Assembly: GCF_035277845.1 (NCBI RefSeq)
Contig: NZ_DATEJS010000221.1
Coordinates: forward strand, 1 to 45,047
Source of the DNA: Microbacterium sp.
Lineage (GTDB): Bacteria > Actinomycetota > Actinomycetes > Actinomycetales > Microbacteriaceae
Length of the DNA stretch: 45,047 nt
Direction of reading: 5' to 3'
The notes below the pieces were generated by a model, which was not told the origin of the DNA, ran no database searches, and saw only the letters and a program-made list of their open reading frames with translations. Both the position numbers and the translations under genes were made by a program. Every line of letters starts with the position of its first letter. The first letter of the stretch is position 1. This document shows positions 25,433-35,230 of this stretch, piece after piece.

Positions 25433-27271
25433 ATGCTGTCGAAGCAGCTGATTTCACGAATCGGGATCGCGGTGGTCGCCGCGCTCGGAGTCGCCGCGAT
25501 CGGCGGGCTGCCGGCGTACGCCGACACCGTGACCGACACGATCACGCCCTCGCCGGTCTGCCTCGGTCATGAGTTCACGATCAGCGGAACCAACTGGGGT
25601 GCCGGTACCTACGACGTGCGGATCACCGACACCGATTCGGTGAGCCTCCTGGCCGTGGATGCCGCCCCGCAGTTCTCGGTCGGCGACGACGGCACGTTCA
25701 GCACGACCTTCACGGCCCGCGCGGATGCCCCGACCGGCTCGTACGACGCCGAGTACTCCCCCGCCGGTCAGGGTACCTGGAGCCCCTTCGCCTCCCCCGT
25801 GACGGTGGCCTCCTGCGCAGTCGCCTCGTCCGTTCCGACGATCTCGGGAGCCGCTGTCGTCGGACAGACCCTCACGGCTGACCCCGGCACCTGGCAGGAC
25901 GGCGCCGCGCTCGCGTACGTGTGGCTCGCGGACGGCACACCGATCGCCGACGCGACCTCCTCGACGCTGGCCATCACCGCGGAGCTCGAGGGCAAGCAGA
26001 TCAGCGTGCAGGTCACCGGAACGCTGGATCCGCTCGACCCGACCACCCAGAGCTCCGCGGCCACGTCCCGTGTCATCCTCGCCGGCTCTCCGACCATCGC
26101 CGGCTCGGCCGTCGTCGAATCGACCCTGACCGCCTCCCCCGGCACGTGGACGACCGGCGCCGCGATCACCTACCAGTGGAAGGCATCAGGAACGGTCATC
26201 ACCGGCGCCACCGCCAAGACGTTCGTGCTCACCGGCGCGCAGAGCGGCAAGAAGATCACCGTCACCGCGACCGGCGTCAAGGCCGGCTACACGACGGCAG
26301 CCAGCACATCCAGCGCGACCGCGTTCGTCATGCGTCCCGCGACCCCGACCGTCTCCGGCTACGCCGCAGTCGGCCTGACACTGAAGGCCGTCACCGGAGC
26401 GTGGAGCACCGGAACGAACCTCGCATACCGGTGGAAGGCGAACGGCATCCCGATCACCGGTGCCACGAGCTCGACCTTCACTCTCACCAGCTCCCAGCGC
26501 GACAAGCGGATCAGCGTGACCGTCACCGGCTCGCAGTCGGGCTACCCCCCCGTGAGCCGCACCTCGGCATCCACAGCGAAGGTCACGATCGCGGGCAGCG
26601 TCTGGATCTCCGGAATCCCGGTGTACGGCGCCACGCTCACGGCACATCCGGGAACCTGGGGCAGCGGGACGACGCTCGCCTACCGCTGGTACCAGAACGG
26701 CGTGGCGATCAGCGGGGCCACCGCATCCACGCTGCACTTGGGAACCGCACAGAAGGACAAGAACATCTCCGTTCGCGTCACCGGCAAGCGCACCGGTTAC
26801 GCCACGGTCGTGAAGTCGTCCGGATCGACCCTGAAGGTCGCCACGGCATCCACCCCCACGATCACCGGGACGAGGCAGGTGGGCAAGACCCTCAGCGCGC
26901 ACCCGAACACGTGGACGGCGGGAACCTCGTTCTCATATCAGTGGTACGTGGCCGGCACCGCGATCACGTGGGCGAAATCCTCCACCCTCACCCTGACGAA
27001 CGGGACGAAGGGCAAGCGGATCACCGTCCGCGTGACCGGGCACAAGTCCGGCTACCCGACGATCTCCCGCCTGTCCGCGGCCACCGCAACAATCGCCCCG
27101 CAGTGCGACCCGAACTATGCGTGGGCGTGCGTGCCGGTCGCGAGCGACGTGGACTGCGTCGGCGGTGGCGGCAACGGCCCCGCCTACGTGAAGGGGCCGG
27201 TACTCGTCATCGGCCGGGACATCTACGGGCTGGACAGCGACGGCGACGGCATCGGGTGCGAAGCCGGCTGA
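25433..27271 (+). CDS. Secreted surface protein with five Ig-like repeats and a C-terminal Cys-rich excalibur-like Ca-binding module
   Basis: Signal peptide ending AYA-D; about 80-aa repeats PTISG.A.VG.TL.A.PGTW...Y.W...G..I.GAT; tail CDPNY..CVP..DVDC..GNGP..LDSDGDGIGCE. Confidence 0.85.
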   Translation: MLSKQLISRIGIAVVAALGVAAIGGLPAYADTVTDTITPSPVCLGHEFTISGTNWGAGTYDVRITDTDSVSLLAVDAAPQFSVGDDGTFSTTFTARADAPTGSYDAEYSPAGQGTWSPFASPVTVASCAVASSVPTISGAAVVGQTLTADPGTWQDGAALAYVWLADGTPIADATSSTLAITAELEGKQISVQVTGTLDPLDPTTQSSAATSRVILAGSPTIAGSAVVESTLTASPGTWTTGAAITYQWKASGTVITGATAKTFVLTGAQSGKKITVTATGVKAGYTTAASTSSATAFVMRPATPTVSGYAAVGLTLKAVTGAWSTGTNLAYRWKANGIPITGATSSTFTLTSSQRDKRISVTVTGSQSGYPPVSRTSASTAKVTIAGSVWISGIPVYGATLTAHPGTWGSGTTLAYRWYQNGVAISGATASTLHLGTAQKDKNISVRVTGKRTGYATVVKSSGSTLKVATASTPTITGTRQVGKTLSAHPNTWTAGTSFSYQWYVAGTAITWAKSSTLTLTNGTKGKRITVRVTGHKSGYPTISRLSAATATIAPQCDPNYAWACVPVASDVDCVGGGGNGPAYVKGPVLVIGRDIYGLDSDGDGIGCEAG

Positions 27272-27275
27272 TCGG

Positions 27276-27827
27276 TCAGTAGCTGTAGCCGCTGCCGCCC
27301 TTGCCGCTGATCTTCTTGCCGGCGGGGCTCACCACCCACCAGATGCCCTGCACGCCCTGGCCGTTCACGTCGCCCGCGGCGGAGTCACCGGAGTAGGTGT
27401 ACAGCGGCAGTCCGTTGAGGGTGACCTGGTGCTGACCGCCGGAGACGGCGATCGTGCCGAGGGTGCCGGTGATGCCCGTCGCCGTCGGATGCATGGAACT
27501 GGTGGTCAGCGCCGGCCAGAGCCCGGTGCACGCCCCCGCGCACGCGCTCTTGCCGGAGTTCGCGGTGTCGTGGTCGAACACGTAGACCGTCCGGCCCTGG
27601 CCGTCGACGACGATCGTGCCCAGCTTGGTGCTCGCGGTGGTGAGGGTGCCGGCGGCGGTCGACGGCTGCGAGGTCGATCCGCCGCCGGACGAAGTGCCGG
27701 ACGGGCCGCAGCCCGCGAGCGCGAGCACGGCGATGGATGCTGCGGCGAGACAGGCCGCGAGTCGCGTCCGTCCCAGGCGAGGCACGCGCAAGCGGGGCGA
27801 AGCCGACGTGTCTGTGATGATTCGCAT
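27276..27827 (-). CDS. Lipoprotein with Yx(FWY)xxD repeats (COG4315-like)
   Basis: Lipobox LAGC; GRTVYVFDHD, CAGACTGLWP, GLPLYTYSGD...GDVNGQG. Confidence 0.88.
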   Translation of the reverse strand: MRIITDTSASPRLRVPRLGRTRLAACLAAASIAVLALAGCGPSGTSSGGGSTSQPSTAAGTLTTASTKLGTIVVDGQGRTVYVFDHDTANSGKSACAGACTGLWPALTTSSMHPTATGITGTLGTIAVSGGQHQVTLNGLPLYTYSGDSAAGDVNGQGVQGIWWVVSPAGKKISGKGGSGYSY

Positions 27828-27919
27828 GATGCCCTCCTCGGGCCACGACGCCAGAAGCGCCGTACGAGGAGAACACGAAGCCGAAGGGGTCCGGGGTTCA
27901 CTTCATGCCCGGCGCGAGG

Positions 27920-28675
27920 TCAGCTGGTGCTGTTCACAACGGCGGACAGGAGCACCGTCTTGCCGTCGATGGAGCGCAGCTCGAGCCGCACGATGCTGCC
28001 GATCGGCGCGTCGGTCGAGTCCGTGGTGCGCACCACGTCTCCCGGGCCCGCAGACCAGGTGGCGACCCGCTGCGAGCGGCCATCGGCGGTGACGATCCAC
28101 AGCCCGTAGTCCCAGCGCCTGGTCGTCCCCGACGGGGCCCAGCCGGATGCCTCGTCCCACCGGCAGACCATGCCGATCGAGGTGCCCCACTTCTGGGCGG
28201 TGAGCGTGACGTCGGCGGACAGCGGCGACCGTGATGCGGAGTTCGCCGCCTGCAGGCTCGCCGTGACGGTGGTGCCGTTCGGCTCGGTGAGCGCCGCCGG
28301 CACGAAGAGCGTGAGCGCGACGACCGCGACCGCCGCGACGGCGGCCACGACCGCAGTGGTCCACCGGCGACGCCGACGGATGCGGCGCACCCGGCCGAGC
28401 AGGGCCGGCACCAGATCGGGCGCCGGGTGGGTCACGACGGCGCCGGCGGCATCCGACCCTCCCTCGAGCAGGGCCATCGCCTGCTCTCGCGGCAGGATGC
28501 CGAGGAGCGCGGGAACGCCGGCGAGGTCGCCCACGGCGGCGGCGCAGATCGGACAGTCCGCGACGTGCTCCTCGTAGGCACGCCGGTCGGCCGGTGAGAG
28601 CGCGCCGAGCAGATAGGCGGCATCCCAGTCGCGGAATCGCTCGTGATCGCGGGCGGTGTCTTCGCGTGCGGTCAT
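27920..28675 (-). CDS. Zinc-binding anti-sigma factor (zf-HC2) with TM segment
   Basis: AAYLLGALS...EEHVADCPIC (HxxxCxxC); single TM; start overlaps the sigma stop. Confidence 0.9.
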   Translation of the reverse strand: MTAREDTARDHERFRDWDAAYLLGALSPADRRAYEEHVADCPICAAAVGDLAGVPALLGILPREQAMALLEGGSDAAGAVVTHPAPDLVPALLGRVRRIRRRRRWTTAVVAAVAAVAVVALTLFVPAALTEPNGTTVTASLQAANSASRSPLSADVTLTAQKWGTSIGMVCRWDEASGWAPSGTTRRWDYGLWIVTADGRSQRVATWSAGPGDVVRTTDSTDAPIGSIVRLELRSIDGKTVLLSAVVNSTS

Positions 28676-29178
28676 CGGGTCACCCCCTTTTCTTGCAGGG
28701 CGAGCTTGAGCGCTCGGAGTCCGTAGTGCATGCGGGATTTCACGGTGCCCTCGGGAATGCCGAGCTCCCGCGCGATCTCCGCAGTGGAGCGGCCGCCGTA
28801 GTAGGCGTGCACGATCACGGCCCGATGCTCGATCGACAGCTCGGACAGCGCATCGGCGACGAGCCAGGCGTCGAAGCGGGCGTCGATGTCCTCTTCGCGG
28901 GGCACGTCGGGCAGCTCGTCGGTCGCGACCTCGTGCACGTTCTTCGCGCTGCGGACGCCGTCGATGACGAGGTTGTGCGCGACGGTGAACAGCCATGCGC
29001 GGGCGGATGCCTCGCTCTGGTCGAGCACGGCGGGCTTGCGCCAGGCGCGCAGCAAGGTCTCCTGCACGATGTCGTCGGCGTTGAGGGTGCTGCCGGTCAG
29101 CGAGATCACGTACCGGCGCAGGGCGGGCGCGTGCTCATCGTGCAACGCACGCAGCAGTGCCGCGTCATCCGCCGCCAT
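28672..29178 (-). CDS. ECF sigma-70 factor (SigL-like)
   Basis: ADDIVQETLLRAWR, AWLFTVAHNLVID, EIARELGIPEGTVKSRMHYGLR. Confidence 0.95.
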   Translation of the reverse strand: MAADDAALLRALHDEHAPALRRYVISLTGSTLNADDIVQETLLRAWRKPAVLDQSEASARAWLFTVAHNLVIDGVRSAKNVHEVATDELPDVPREEDIDARFDAWLVADALSELSIEHRAVIVHAYYGGRSTAEIARELGIPEGTVKSRMHYGLRALKLALQEKGVTR

Positions 29179-29354
29179 GATTCACCTCCGGCCCCTCACA
29201 CGCTCCAGTGTGCGCGCTCCGCCCGCATGGCGGGGCGCATGAGTGACACGAGGCGGAGGGCCGCGCGGTTCATCGGCGTGCAGAGCGCCGGATTCGTGCA
29301 GAATGCCGGATGCCATGCGGAGAGGATGCCACTCCCCGCCGACATCGGCAGACG

Positions 29355-29391
29355 TCGTCAGCCGGAACCCCGTTCGGGTTCCGGCTGACGA
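29355..29391 (-). terminator. Perfect 16-bp hairpin downstream of the cold-shock gene
   Basis: TCGTCAGCCGGAACCC-cgttc-GGGTTCCGGCTGACGA, 5 bp after the stop. Confidence 0.75.
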
Positions 29392-29396
29392 TCAGA

Positions 29397-29600
29397 TCAC
29401 AGCGCCTGGATGTTCGCTGCCTGCATGCCCTTGGGTCCGCGCTCGGCGTCGAATTCGACCTTCTGCCCCTCCTGGAGCTCCTTGAACCCGTCGCCTGCGA
29501 TCGCGCTGTAGTGCGCGAACAGGTCGGCCGAGCCGTCGTCGGGTGCGATGAATCCGTAGCCCTTCTCGGAGTTGAACCACTTCACGGTGCCAGTAGCCAT
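29397..29600 (-). CDS. Cold-shock protein (CspA family)
   Basis: 67 aa; [15 protein letters not shown] and [11 protein letters not shown] motifs; AAGGAAA RBS. Confidence 0.97.
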   Translation of the reverse strand: MATGTVKWFNSEKGYGFIAPDDGSADLFAHYSAIAGDGFKELQEGQKVEFDAERGPKGMQAANIQAL

Positions 29601-29727
29601 CGTGTCTTTCCTTCTTGTTGTTCGGGCCGCCTGGGCGACCGGGGTGCCGCGCCGACGAATGCGGCGCAGACGATTGCTGGGCGACGGGACGCCGTCGCGT
29701 GGGAGGCGATGCCGGATGCGGGCATCC

Positions 29728-30075
29728 TCATGCTGTGCGCAGGATCTTCTCCATCGCTTTGCCCCGTGCGAGCTCGTCGACGAGCTTGTCGAGGTAGCGG
29801 ATCTTCTGCATGAGCGGGTCTTCGATCTCCTGCACGCGCACGCCGCACACGACCCCCGTGATGAGGGACGCGTTCGGATTGAGATGTGCCTCGGCGAAGA
29901 AGTCCGCGAAGGTCGACTCGTCGGCGAGCTGCTGCTTCAGCGCTCCCTCGTCGTAGCCGGTGAGCCAGCGGATGACCTCGTCGAGCTCGTCCTGGGTGCG
30001 CCCTTTCTTCTCCACCTTCGTCAGGTAGAGCGGGTACACGGACGACACGCTCGTCCCGAAGATCCTGTGCTCCAC
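29728..30075 (-). CDS. DUF2200 family protein
   Basis: [26 protein letters not shown]; [34 protein letters not shown] start at 30075. Confidence 0.9.
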   Translation of the reverse strand: MEHRIFGTSVSSVYPLYLTKVEKKGRTQDELDEVIRWLTGYDEGALKQQLADESTFADFFAEAHLNPNASLITGVVCGVRVQEIEDPLMQKIRYLDKLVDELARGKAMEKILRTA

Positions 30076-30088
30076 AGGACCAGCGTAC

Positions 30089-31774
30089 TCAGCGGCGGCC
30101 CAGAGCGCCCGCGAACAGCGCATGAAGAAGCGGAACGACCGATACGGACATGAACACGATCCCGGTCGGGACGTTCTCGGGCAGCATCAGGATGCCCCCC
30201 ACGAGCAGTCCCGCGAAGATCACCGCCGACATCACCCGGCGCCCGGTGCGCTCCAGCCGCGCGAGCTTGCGGTCGAGGGCCGGCGTGGACACCTCGATGC
30301 GGCCTTCCTCGATCCGCGTGATCACCGAGTCGATGCGCTGCGGCAGGCGAGCCGTGACGCCGAGCGTCGTCCACACCTCCTTCAAGACGTCCTGCACGAC
30401 GTTGCCGCCCTCCTCCGAGAGGAGGCGTGCGGCGAACGGCTCGATGGCACTCCAGATGTTGAACTGCGGGTCCAGGGCGCTGCACACGCCGGAGGTCAGC
30501 GACATCGCGCGGATCACCAGCAGGAAGTTCTCCGGAAGCTGGAACGGCAGCGACCGGACGACATGGCCGAACTCGTCGCCGAACTCCCGGAACTCCTTCG
30601 GGTCGATGTCGCGCAGCTGCGCGAAGCCCATGCCCCCGAAACGGTCGAAGAGCTGCGTGAGCGCCCGCTCGAGCGAGAGCGTGTCGGCGGAGGGCAGCAG
30701 CATCCCGACGTCCTGGATGCCGGCGACGAGTCCCTTGCCGTCGCGCGCCGCCACGGCGATGAGCAGGCGCCGCAGCCCGCTGCGCAGCGTATCCGGGATC
30801 TCGCCCATCATGCCGAAGTCGACGAACGTCAGCCGCCAGGCGGCATCCTTCTCGGTCGCCGGTTTCGAGAGCGGCGTCACGAAGATGTTGCCGGGGTGCG
30901 GGTCGGCGTGGAAGCAGCCATGCGTGAACAGCTGCTCGAACATCACTTCGGCGAACGTCGCCGCCACGGCGGCGGGGTCGATGCCGGCGGCGCGCAGGCC
31001 GTCGACGTCGTTGATCTTGATGGCGGTGACGTCCGAGAGCGTGAGCACGCGCCGCGTGGTGCGCTCCCAGGCGACGTCGGGGGCGCCGACGCGCGGATCC
31101 TCGGCGAAGGCCGCGGCGAACGTCTCCGCGCTCTGCGCCTCGTGCAGGTAGTCGATCTCCAGCAGGCTCGTGTGGGCGAACTCCTCGACGAGCGCCGGCG
31201 CATCCACGTGCGACGAGACGACCCGGATGTGACTGAGCCACCGCGCCGCGCGGCGCAGGGCTGCGAGGTCGATCTCGACGATCTCGTCGATGCCGGGCCT
31301 CTGCACCTTGACGATGACATCCGTGAATCCGGTCTCGGCGGCGTGCTCCGCGGTCAGCCGCGCCCGATGGGCCTGGCCGAGGGAGGCCGCCGCGACCGGG
31401 AACGGCTCGAACCACGCGTACGCGCGGTCCAGCGGCATGCCGAGGTCCTCCTCGGCGAGCGCACGGATGCGCTCGAACGAGGCGGCCGGCACCTCGTCCT
31501 GAAGCCCGGCCAGCTCGTCGGTGATCGCCGGGGGCAGCACGTCCAGTCGTGCGGACAGGAACTGACCCACCTTGATCATGAGCCCGCCGAGGTCGATGGC
31601 GAGCCGGTGGAACCGGCGCGCGGTGCGCGTGAGGCGCGCCGTCCGCCCGGCTGCCGCCTGCCGGCCGAAGCCGACCCGCGGCAGCACGAGCTCGTACCAC
31701 CACATCTGCGCGATCACGCCGAGCTCGAAGCGCAGGATGCGGCGGTAGCGGGCGTATCCCGATATCGCGGGCAC
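30089..31774 (-). CDS. ABC1/AarF/UbiB-family atypical kinase
   Basis: [50 protein letters not shown] start at 31774. Confidence 0.94.
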   Translation of the reverse strand: MPAISGYARYRRILRFELGVIAQMWWYELVLPRVGFGRQAAAGRTARLTRTARRFHRLAIDLGGLMIKVGQFLSARLDVLPPAITDELAGLQDEVPAASFERIRALAEEDLGMPLDRAYAWFEPFPVAAASLGQAHRARLTAEHAAETGFTDVIVKVQRPGIDEIVEIDLAALRRAARWLSHIRVVSSHVDAPALVEEFAHTSLLEIDYLHEAQSAETFAAAFAEDPRVGAPDVAWERTTRRVLTLSDVTAIKINDVDGLRAAGIDPAAVAATFAEVMFEQLFTHGCFHADPHPGNIFVTPLSKPATEKDAAWRLTFVDFGMMGEIPDTLRSGLRRLLIAVAARDGKGLVAGIQDVGMLLPSADTLSLERALTQLFDRFGGMGFAQLRDIDPKEFREFGDEFGHVVRSLPFQLPENFLLVIRAMSLTSGVCSALDPQFNIWSAIEPFAARLLSEEGGNVVQDVLKEVWTTLGVTARLPQRIDSVITRIEEGRIEVSTPALDRKLARLERTGRRVMSAVIFAGLLVGGILMLPENVPTGIVFMSVSVVPLLHALFAGALGRR

Positions 31775-31778
31775 GCGG

Positions 31779-32327
31779 TCAGCCCTGCGCGAGGATGCCG
31801 TAGAGCTTGCGGCGCGCCTCGTCGAGCACGGCGACGGCCTCGGCGATCTGCTCCGGGCCGGCCGTGCGGCCGACCTGCGCCGCGACCTGCATGAGTTCGA
31901 TGCCGGCCTTCGGCAGGGCGACGTGCTCGCGTGCGGACGTGGCCTCCCACGGGGCCGGGCGGTCGGCTGCGGCCTCGGCCTCGGCGCGTCCGGACTCGGT
32001 GAGGGAGTACGTCTTGCGGCCGCCGGACTCCTCGGCCGTGATGAGCCCCTCGTCCGCGAGCATCTGCAGGGTCGGGTAGACGGAGCCGGCACTGGGCTTC
32101 CACGAGCCGTGGCTGCGCTGCTCGATCTCGCTGATGATCTGGTAGCCGTGCATCGGCTGCTCGGCGAGCAGGGCGAGCACAGCGGCGCGCACGTCGCCGC
32201 GGGACATCCGCGGAGTCACGCGCTGCTCGAACGTGGAACGCAGCTGGTTGAGGGCGTCCCACAGAGCCTGACCCGGCTGCCCATTGCCGAAGCCCCGGCC
32301 GAAACCGCCCGGAAAGGTGTCGCTCAT
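31779..32327 (-). CDS. PadR-family transcriptional regulator
   Basis: RGDVRAAVLALLAEQPMHGYQII...WKPSAGSVYPTLQMLADEGL; AGGAGG RBS. Confidence 0.94.
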   Translation of the reverse strand: MSDTFPGGFGRGFGNGQPGQALWDALNQLRSTFEQRVTPRMSRGDVRAAVLALLAEQPMHGYQIISEIEQRSHGSWKPSAGSVYPTLQMLADEGLITAEESGGRKTYSLTESGRAEAEAAADRPAPWEATSAREHVALPKAGIELMQVAAQVGRTAGPEQIAEAVAVLDEARRKLYGILAQG

Positions 32328-32359
32328 GATGACCTCCTGGTGCCGAGTATCCGAAACTC

Positions 32360-32383
32360 AGCGATACATAACGATATATCGCT
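32360..32383. promoter_or_regulatory. Candidate PadR operator
   Basis: AGCGATA-N10-TATCGCT containing the palindrome CGATATATCG (32372-32381), upstream of padR. Confidence 0.6.
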
Positions 32384-32498
32384 CGGCGTGCCCGCGGTAG
32401 GGGTTTGCCTCCTCCAAGGCCTAGCCCGCGTTCGACCCGGCATCCGCCGGGCACGCCCCTCTTGAACCGATCCTGCTTTCCGAGAAACAGACACCACC

Positions 32499-32900
32499 AT
32501 GAACGATCTGCTCTGGAGCGACGACGAATTCCGCTCCTTCTTCGCGCTGCTGCGACGCGACTCCTGCACCTCATGCCTGGACGACACCGATCGCGCCGGC
32601 TTCGTGCAGCAGGCGCGACTGCGCGTCGCGCCCACCGTGCAGCGCCGGCTGCTCGCCGACATCGGCATCGCCGCGGACGCGTCGGGCATCGCCGTCGTCG
32701 CCCTCGACGTGCTGGGCGACGAAGTCTGGGGCAAACGGGGCACCTGGCTCATGATCACTCCGGAGCCGTGGGCGCTGCTCGCCGACCTCGTGGCGCGCCG
32801 CATCCGCCGCTCGTATCGTGCGAGCACCCGCCGGGCGGCCGACGAGCGCGTGCTCCGCGGCATCGAACGGGCCGGCACCGCCGACGGGCTCACCGGATGA
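32499..32900 (+). CDS. Hypothetical protein
   Basis: 133 aa ORF with GC3-rich codons filling the gap; no motif recognised. Confidence 0.7.
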   Translation: MNDLLWSDDEFRSFFALLRRDSCTSCLDDTDRAGFVQQARLRVAPTVQRRLLADIGIAADASGIAVVALDVLGDEVWGKRGTWLMITPEPWALLADLVARRIRRSYRASTRRAADERVLRGIERAGTADGLTG

Positions 32901-32960
32901 CCCGAGCATTCCCGGCGGCATATCCTGCAGGCAGCAGCATCCGATCCGAAAGGCCCCGCC

Positions 32961-33605
32961 ATGAGTGACGCGCAGCACGCCGGCCCGGACGCCGCGACGT
33001 ACTGGGAGGAGCGCTACGCGGGCGCCGGACCGGTCTGGTCCGGCCGGGTGAACGCCGTGCTCGCCGATGTGGCGGCGACGCTTCCGGCGGGCACGGCGCT
33101 GGACCTCGGCTGCGGGGAGGGCGGGGATGCCGTCTGGCTCGCCGAGCACGGGTGGACGGTCACCGGGGTGGACATCTCCTCGACCGCGATCGCCCGCGGA
33201 GAGGCGGCGGCGCGGGACCGAGGGCTGGGTGGGGACCGGCTCCGGTTCGTCACGGCCGACCTTTCGACATTCGACACGGATGCCCGTTTCTCACTGATCA
33301 GCGCCTGTTTCCTGCACTCGCCGACGATGCTCGACCGCGTCGCCGTCCTGCGCCGTGCGGCGGGGTTCGTCGACTCCGGCGGACACCTCCTCCTCGTCTC
33401 GCACGCCGCGCCGCCGCCGTGGGCGACACAGCTGCACGAGCATCGCGCCGAACTGCTGCCGCCGGATGAAGACCTCGCGCGTCTGGCGCTCGACCCCGCC
33501 CTGTGGGAGACCCTGATCTGCGAGGTGAGACAGCGCGCGGCCGTGGGTCCGGACGGCACGACCGCGACGCTCGACGATGGGGTGATCCTGCTGCGCCGTC
33601 GCTGA
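32961..33605 (+). CDS. Class I SAM-dependent methyltransferase
   Basis: YWEERY, WSGRVN, ALDLGCGEGGDAVWLAEHGW.VTGVDIS. Confidence 0.93.
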   Translation: MSDAQHAGPDAATYWEERYAGAGPVWSGRVNAVLADVAATLPAGTALDLGCGEGGDAVWLAEHGWTVTGVDISSTAIARGEAAARDRGLGGDRLRFVTADLSTFDTDARFSLISACFLHSPTMLDRVAVLRRAAGFVDSGGHLLLVSHAAPPPWATQLHEHRAELLPPDEDLARLALDPALWETLICEVRQRAAVGPDGTTATLDDGVILLRRR

Positions 33606-33633
33606 TGTCGGAGGCCGGTGATTGCATGGCGTC

Positions 33634-34407
33634 ATGAGCACAGCAACCTCCGCCGACGGCACCCGCATCGCGTTCAGCACGCTCGGGGACGGGCGCACGG
33701 TCGTGATCGTCAACGGCGCACTGTCCGTCGCCTCCGACGCCATCCCCCTCGCCGAAGCATTGCGGGATGCCGGCTTCCGCGCCGTCACGTGGGATCGCCG
33801 GGCCCGAAACGGCAGCGGCGACAGACCCGGCTCATCGCCGGAGGACGAAGTCGCCGACCTCGCGGCAGTGATCGAGGCGGCCGGCGGCACCGACGCCGTG
33901 CTGGGTCATTCGTCCGGCGCGATCCTCGCCCTGTACGCCGCGTCACGGGGAGTGCCGACGGGCGCGCTGTTCCTCTCCGAGCCGCCGATCCAGTTCGAGG
34001 ACGACGGCTACGGCGACGATCTCGCCGCGCGCCTCCAGCAGCTCGTCGACGACGGCCGGCCGGACGAGGCCGTCGCGACGTTCCAGCTCGATGCCATCGG
34101 ACTCCCCCGCGAGATGGTCGATGCCGGCCGCACGAACGGGATGCTGGCGGCCCTGGCCCCGCTCGGGCAGTCGACGGTCTACGACACCCAGCTCACACTG
34201 CGGGTCAAGCGGCCGGGCGCCGAGCTGCTGACGGTTGCGCAGCCCGTGACCGTGCTGCGCGGGGAGCAGACGTTCCCGTTCCTCATCGGGTCGTCCGATC
34301 GCCTGGCCGCCGAAATGGACGGCGCCGAACTCGTCGTCGTGCCGGAGTCGATCATGCACCGCCCTGACCCCGCCGCCACGGCGCGGGTCATCGCCGAGCG
34401 ACTCTGA
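33634..34407 (+). CDS. Alpha/beta hydrolase
   Basis: SADGTRIA, WDRRARNGS, GHSSG nucleophile motif. Confidence 0.88.
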   Translation: MSTATSADGTRIAFSTLGDGRTVVIVNGALSVASDAIPLAEALRDAGFRAVTWDRRARNGSGDRPGSSPEDEVADLAAVIEAAGGTDAVLGHSSGAILALYAASRGVPTGALFLSEPPIQFEDDGYGDDLAARLQQLVDDGRPDEAVATFQLDAIGLPREMVDAGRTNGMLAALAPLGQSTVYDTQLTLRVKRPGAELLTVAQPVTVLRGEQTFPFLIGSSDRLAAEMDGAELVVVPESIMHRPDPAATARVIAERL

Positions 34408-34513
34408 ATCGAACGACGCGCTCGCATCATCGCGTTGCCGCCGTTCGGGGTTCCTGACCCTCGGAACGGCGGGCATGATCGTGTGGGCGAGCGTCCCGCA
34501 CTAGCATGGCCCC

Positions 34514-35218
34514 GTGACCGGCGGCACTCTTTCCGACCACGATGCTCCCGAGTCGGGTGCCATCCGTCCATACCTGCTGCTCATCGAGGACGACCCCAAG
34601 CTGGGCCCGCTGACGGCGAAGGTGCTGTCCACGTCGTTCGAGGTCGAGCTGGTGGCGGACCCGGACAAGGGACTCGCCCGGGCCCTGAGCGGCGACCACG
34701 ATGTGATGGTCATCGATCGCCGGCTGCCGCATGGCGACGGTGTCTCGATCGTGCAGCAGGCCCGCGAGCACCGCATCGTCTCGCCCATCCTCATGCTCAC
34801 GGCTCTCGGCACGACGGCGGACAAGGTGGACGGGCTGGATGCCGGTGCCAACGACTACCTCGTCAAGCCGTTCGAGTTCGACGAGCTCAAGGCGCGCCTG
34901 CGCGCCCTCACGCGCACGTTCGATCCGCAGGGCAAGTCGCTGCCGATCGGTGACTGGACGTTCTACCCGGACGACGACTTCGTGCACTCGCCGTATCTCG
35001 GCCGCGTGCTGCTCACGCCGCGCGAGTCCTCCCTGCTGCGACTGCTGGCCGAGCATCCGGAGCGCACGTTCAGCCGCGAGCAGATCCTGCGAACCGTGTT
35101 CAACTCCGATGACCAGCCCGGCACCGTCGACACCTACGTGCACTACCTGCGTCGCAAGACCGAACGCGACATCATCCTGACCGTCCGGCACAAGGGCTAC
35201 CGGCTCGGCCAGCTGTGA
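34514..35218 (+). CDS. OmpR-family response regulator
   Basis: LLIEDD, IDRRLP (phospho-Asp), MLTA, GANDYLVKPF, wHTH VDTYVHYLRRK..TVRHKGY. Confidence 0.95.
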   Translation: MTGGTLSDHDAPESGAIRPYLLLIEDDPKLGPLTAKVLSTSFEVELVADPDKGLARALSGDHDVMVIDRRLPHGDGVSIVQQAREHRIVSPILMLTALGTTADKVDGLDAGANDYLVKPFEFDELKARLRALTRTFDPQGKSLPIGDWTFYPDDDFVHSPYLGRVLLTPRESSLLRLLAEHPERTFSREQILRTVFNSDDQPGTVDTYVHYLRRKTERDIILTVRHKGYRLGQL

Positions 35219-35230
35219 GCGGCGGCTGAC

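Noticed and set aside
25840-27100. Roughly 240-bp periodicity as a non-coding array or DGR template/variable pair
   Set aside because: Explained by diverged Ig-like protein repeats; no reverse transcriptase in the window.
30089-32092. Extended starts in the ORF track (ABC1 kinase from 32092; similarly 28996, 22748, 21394, 20964, 23450)
   Set aside because: The extensions overlap neighbouring genes or precede the conserved domain; downstream starts fit better.
32385-32457. tRNA gene (tRNA-sized, contains GTTCGACCC)
   Set aside because: No D arm, anticodon arm or properly paired T stem; it folds better as one long hairpin.
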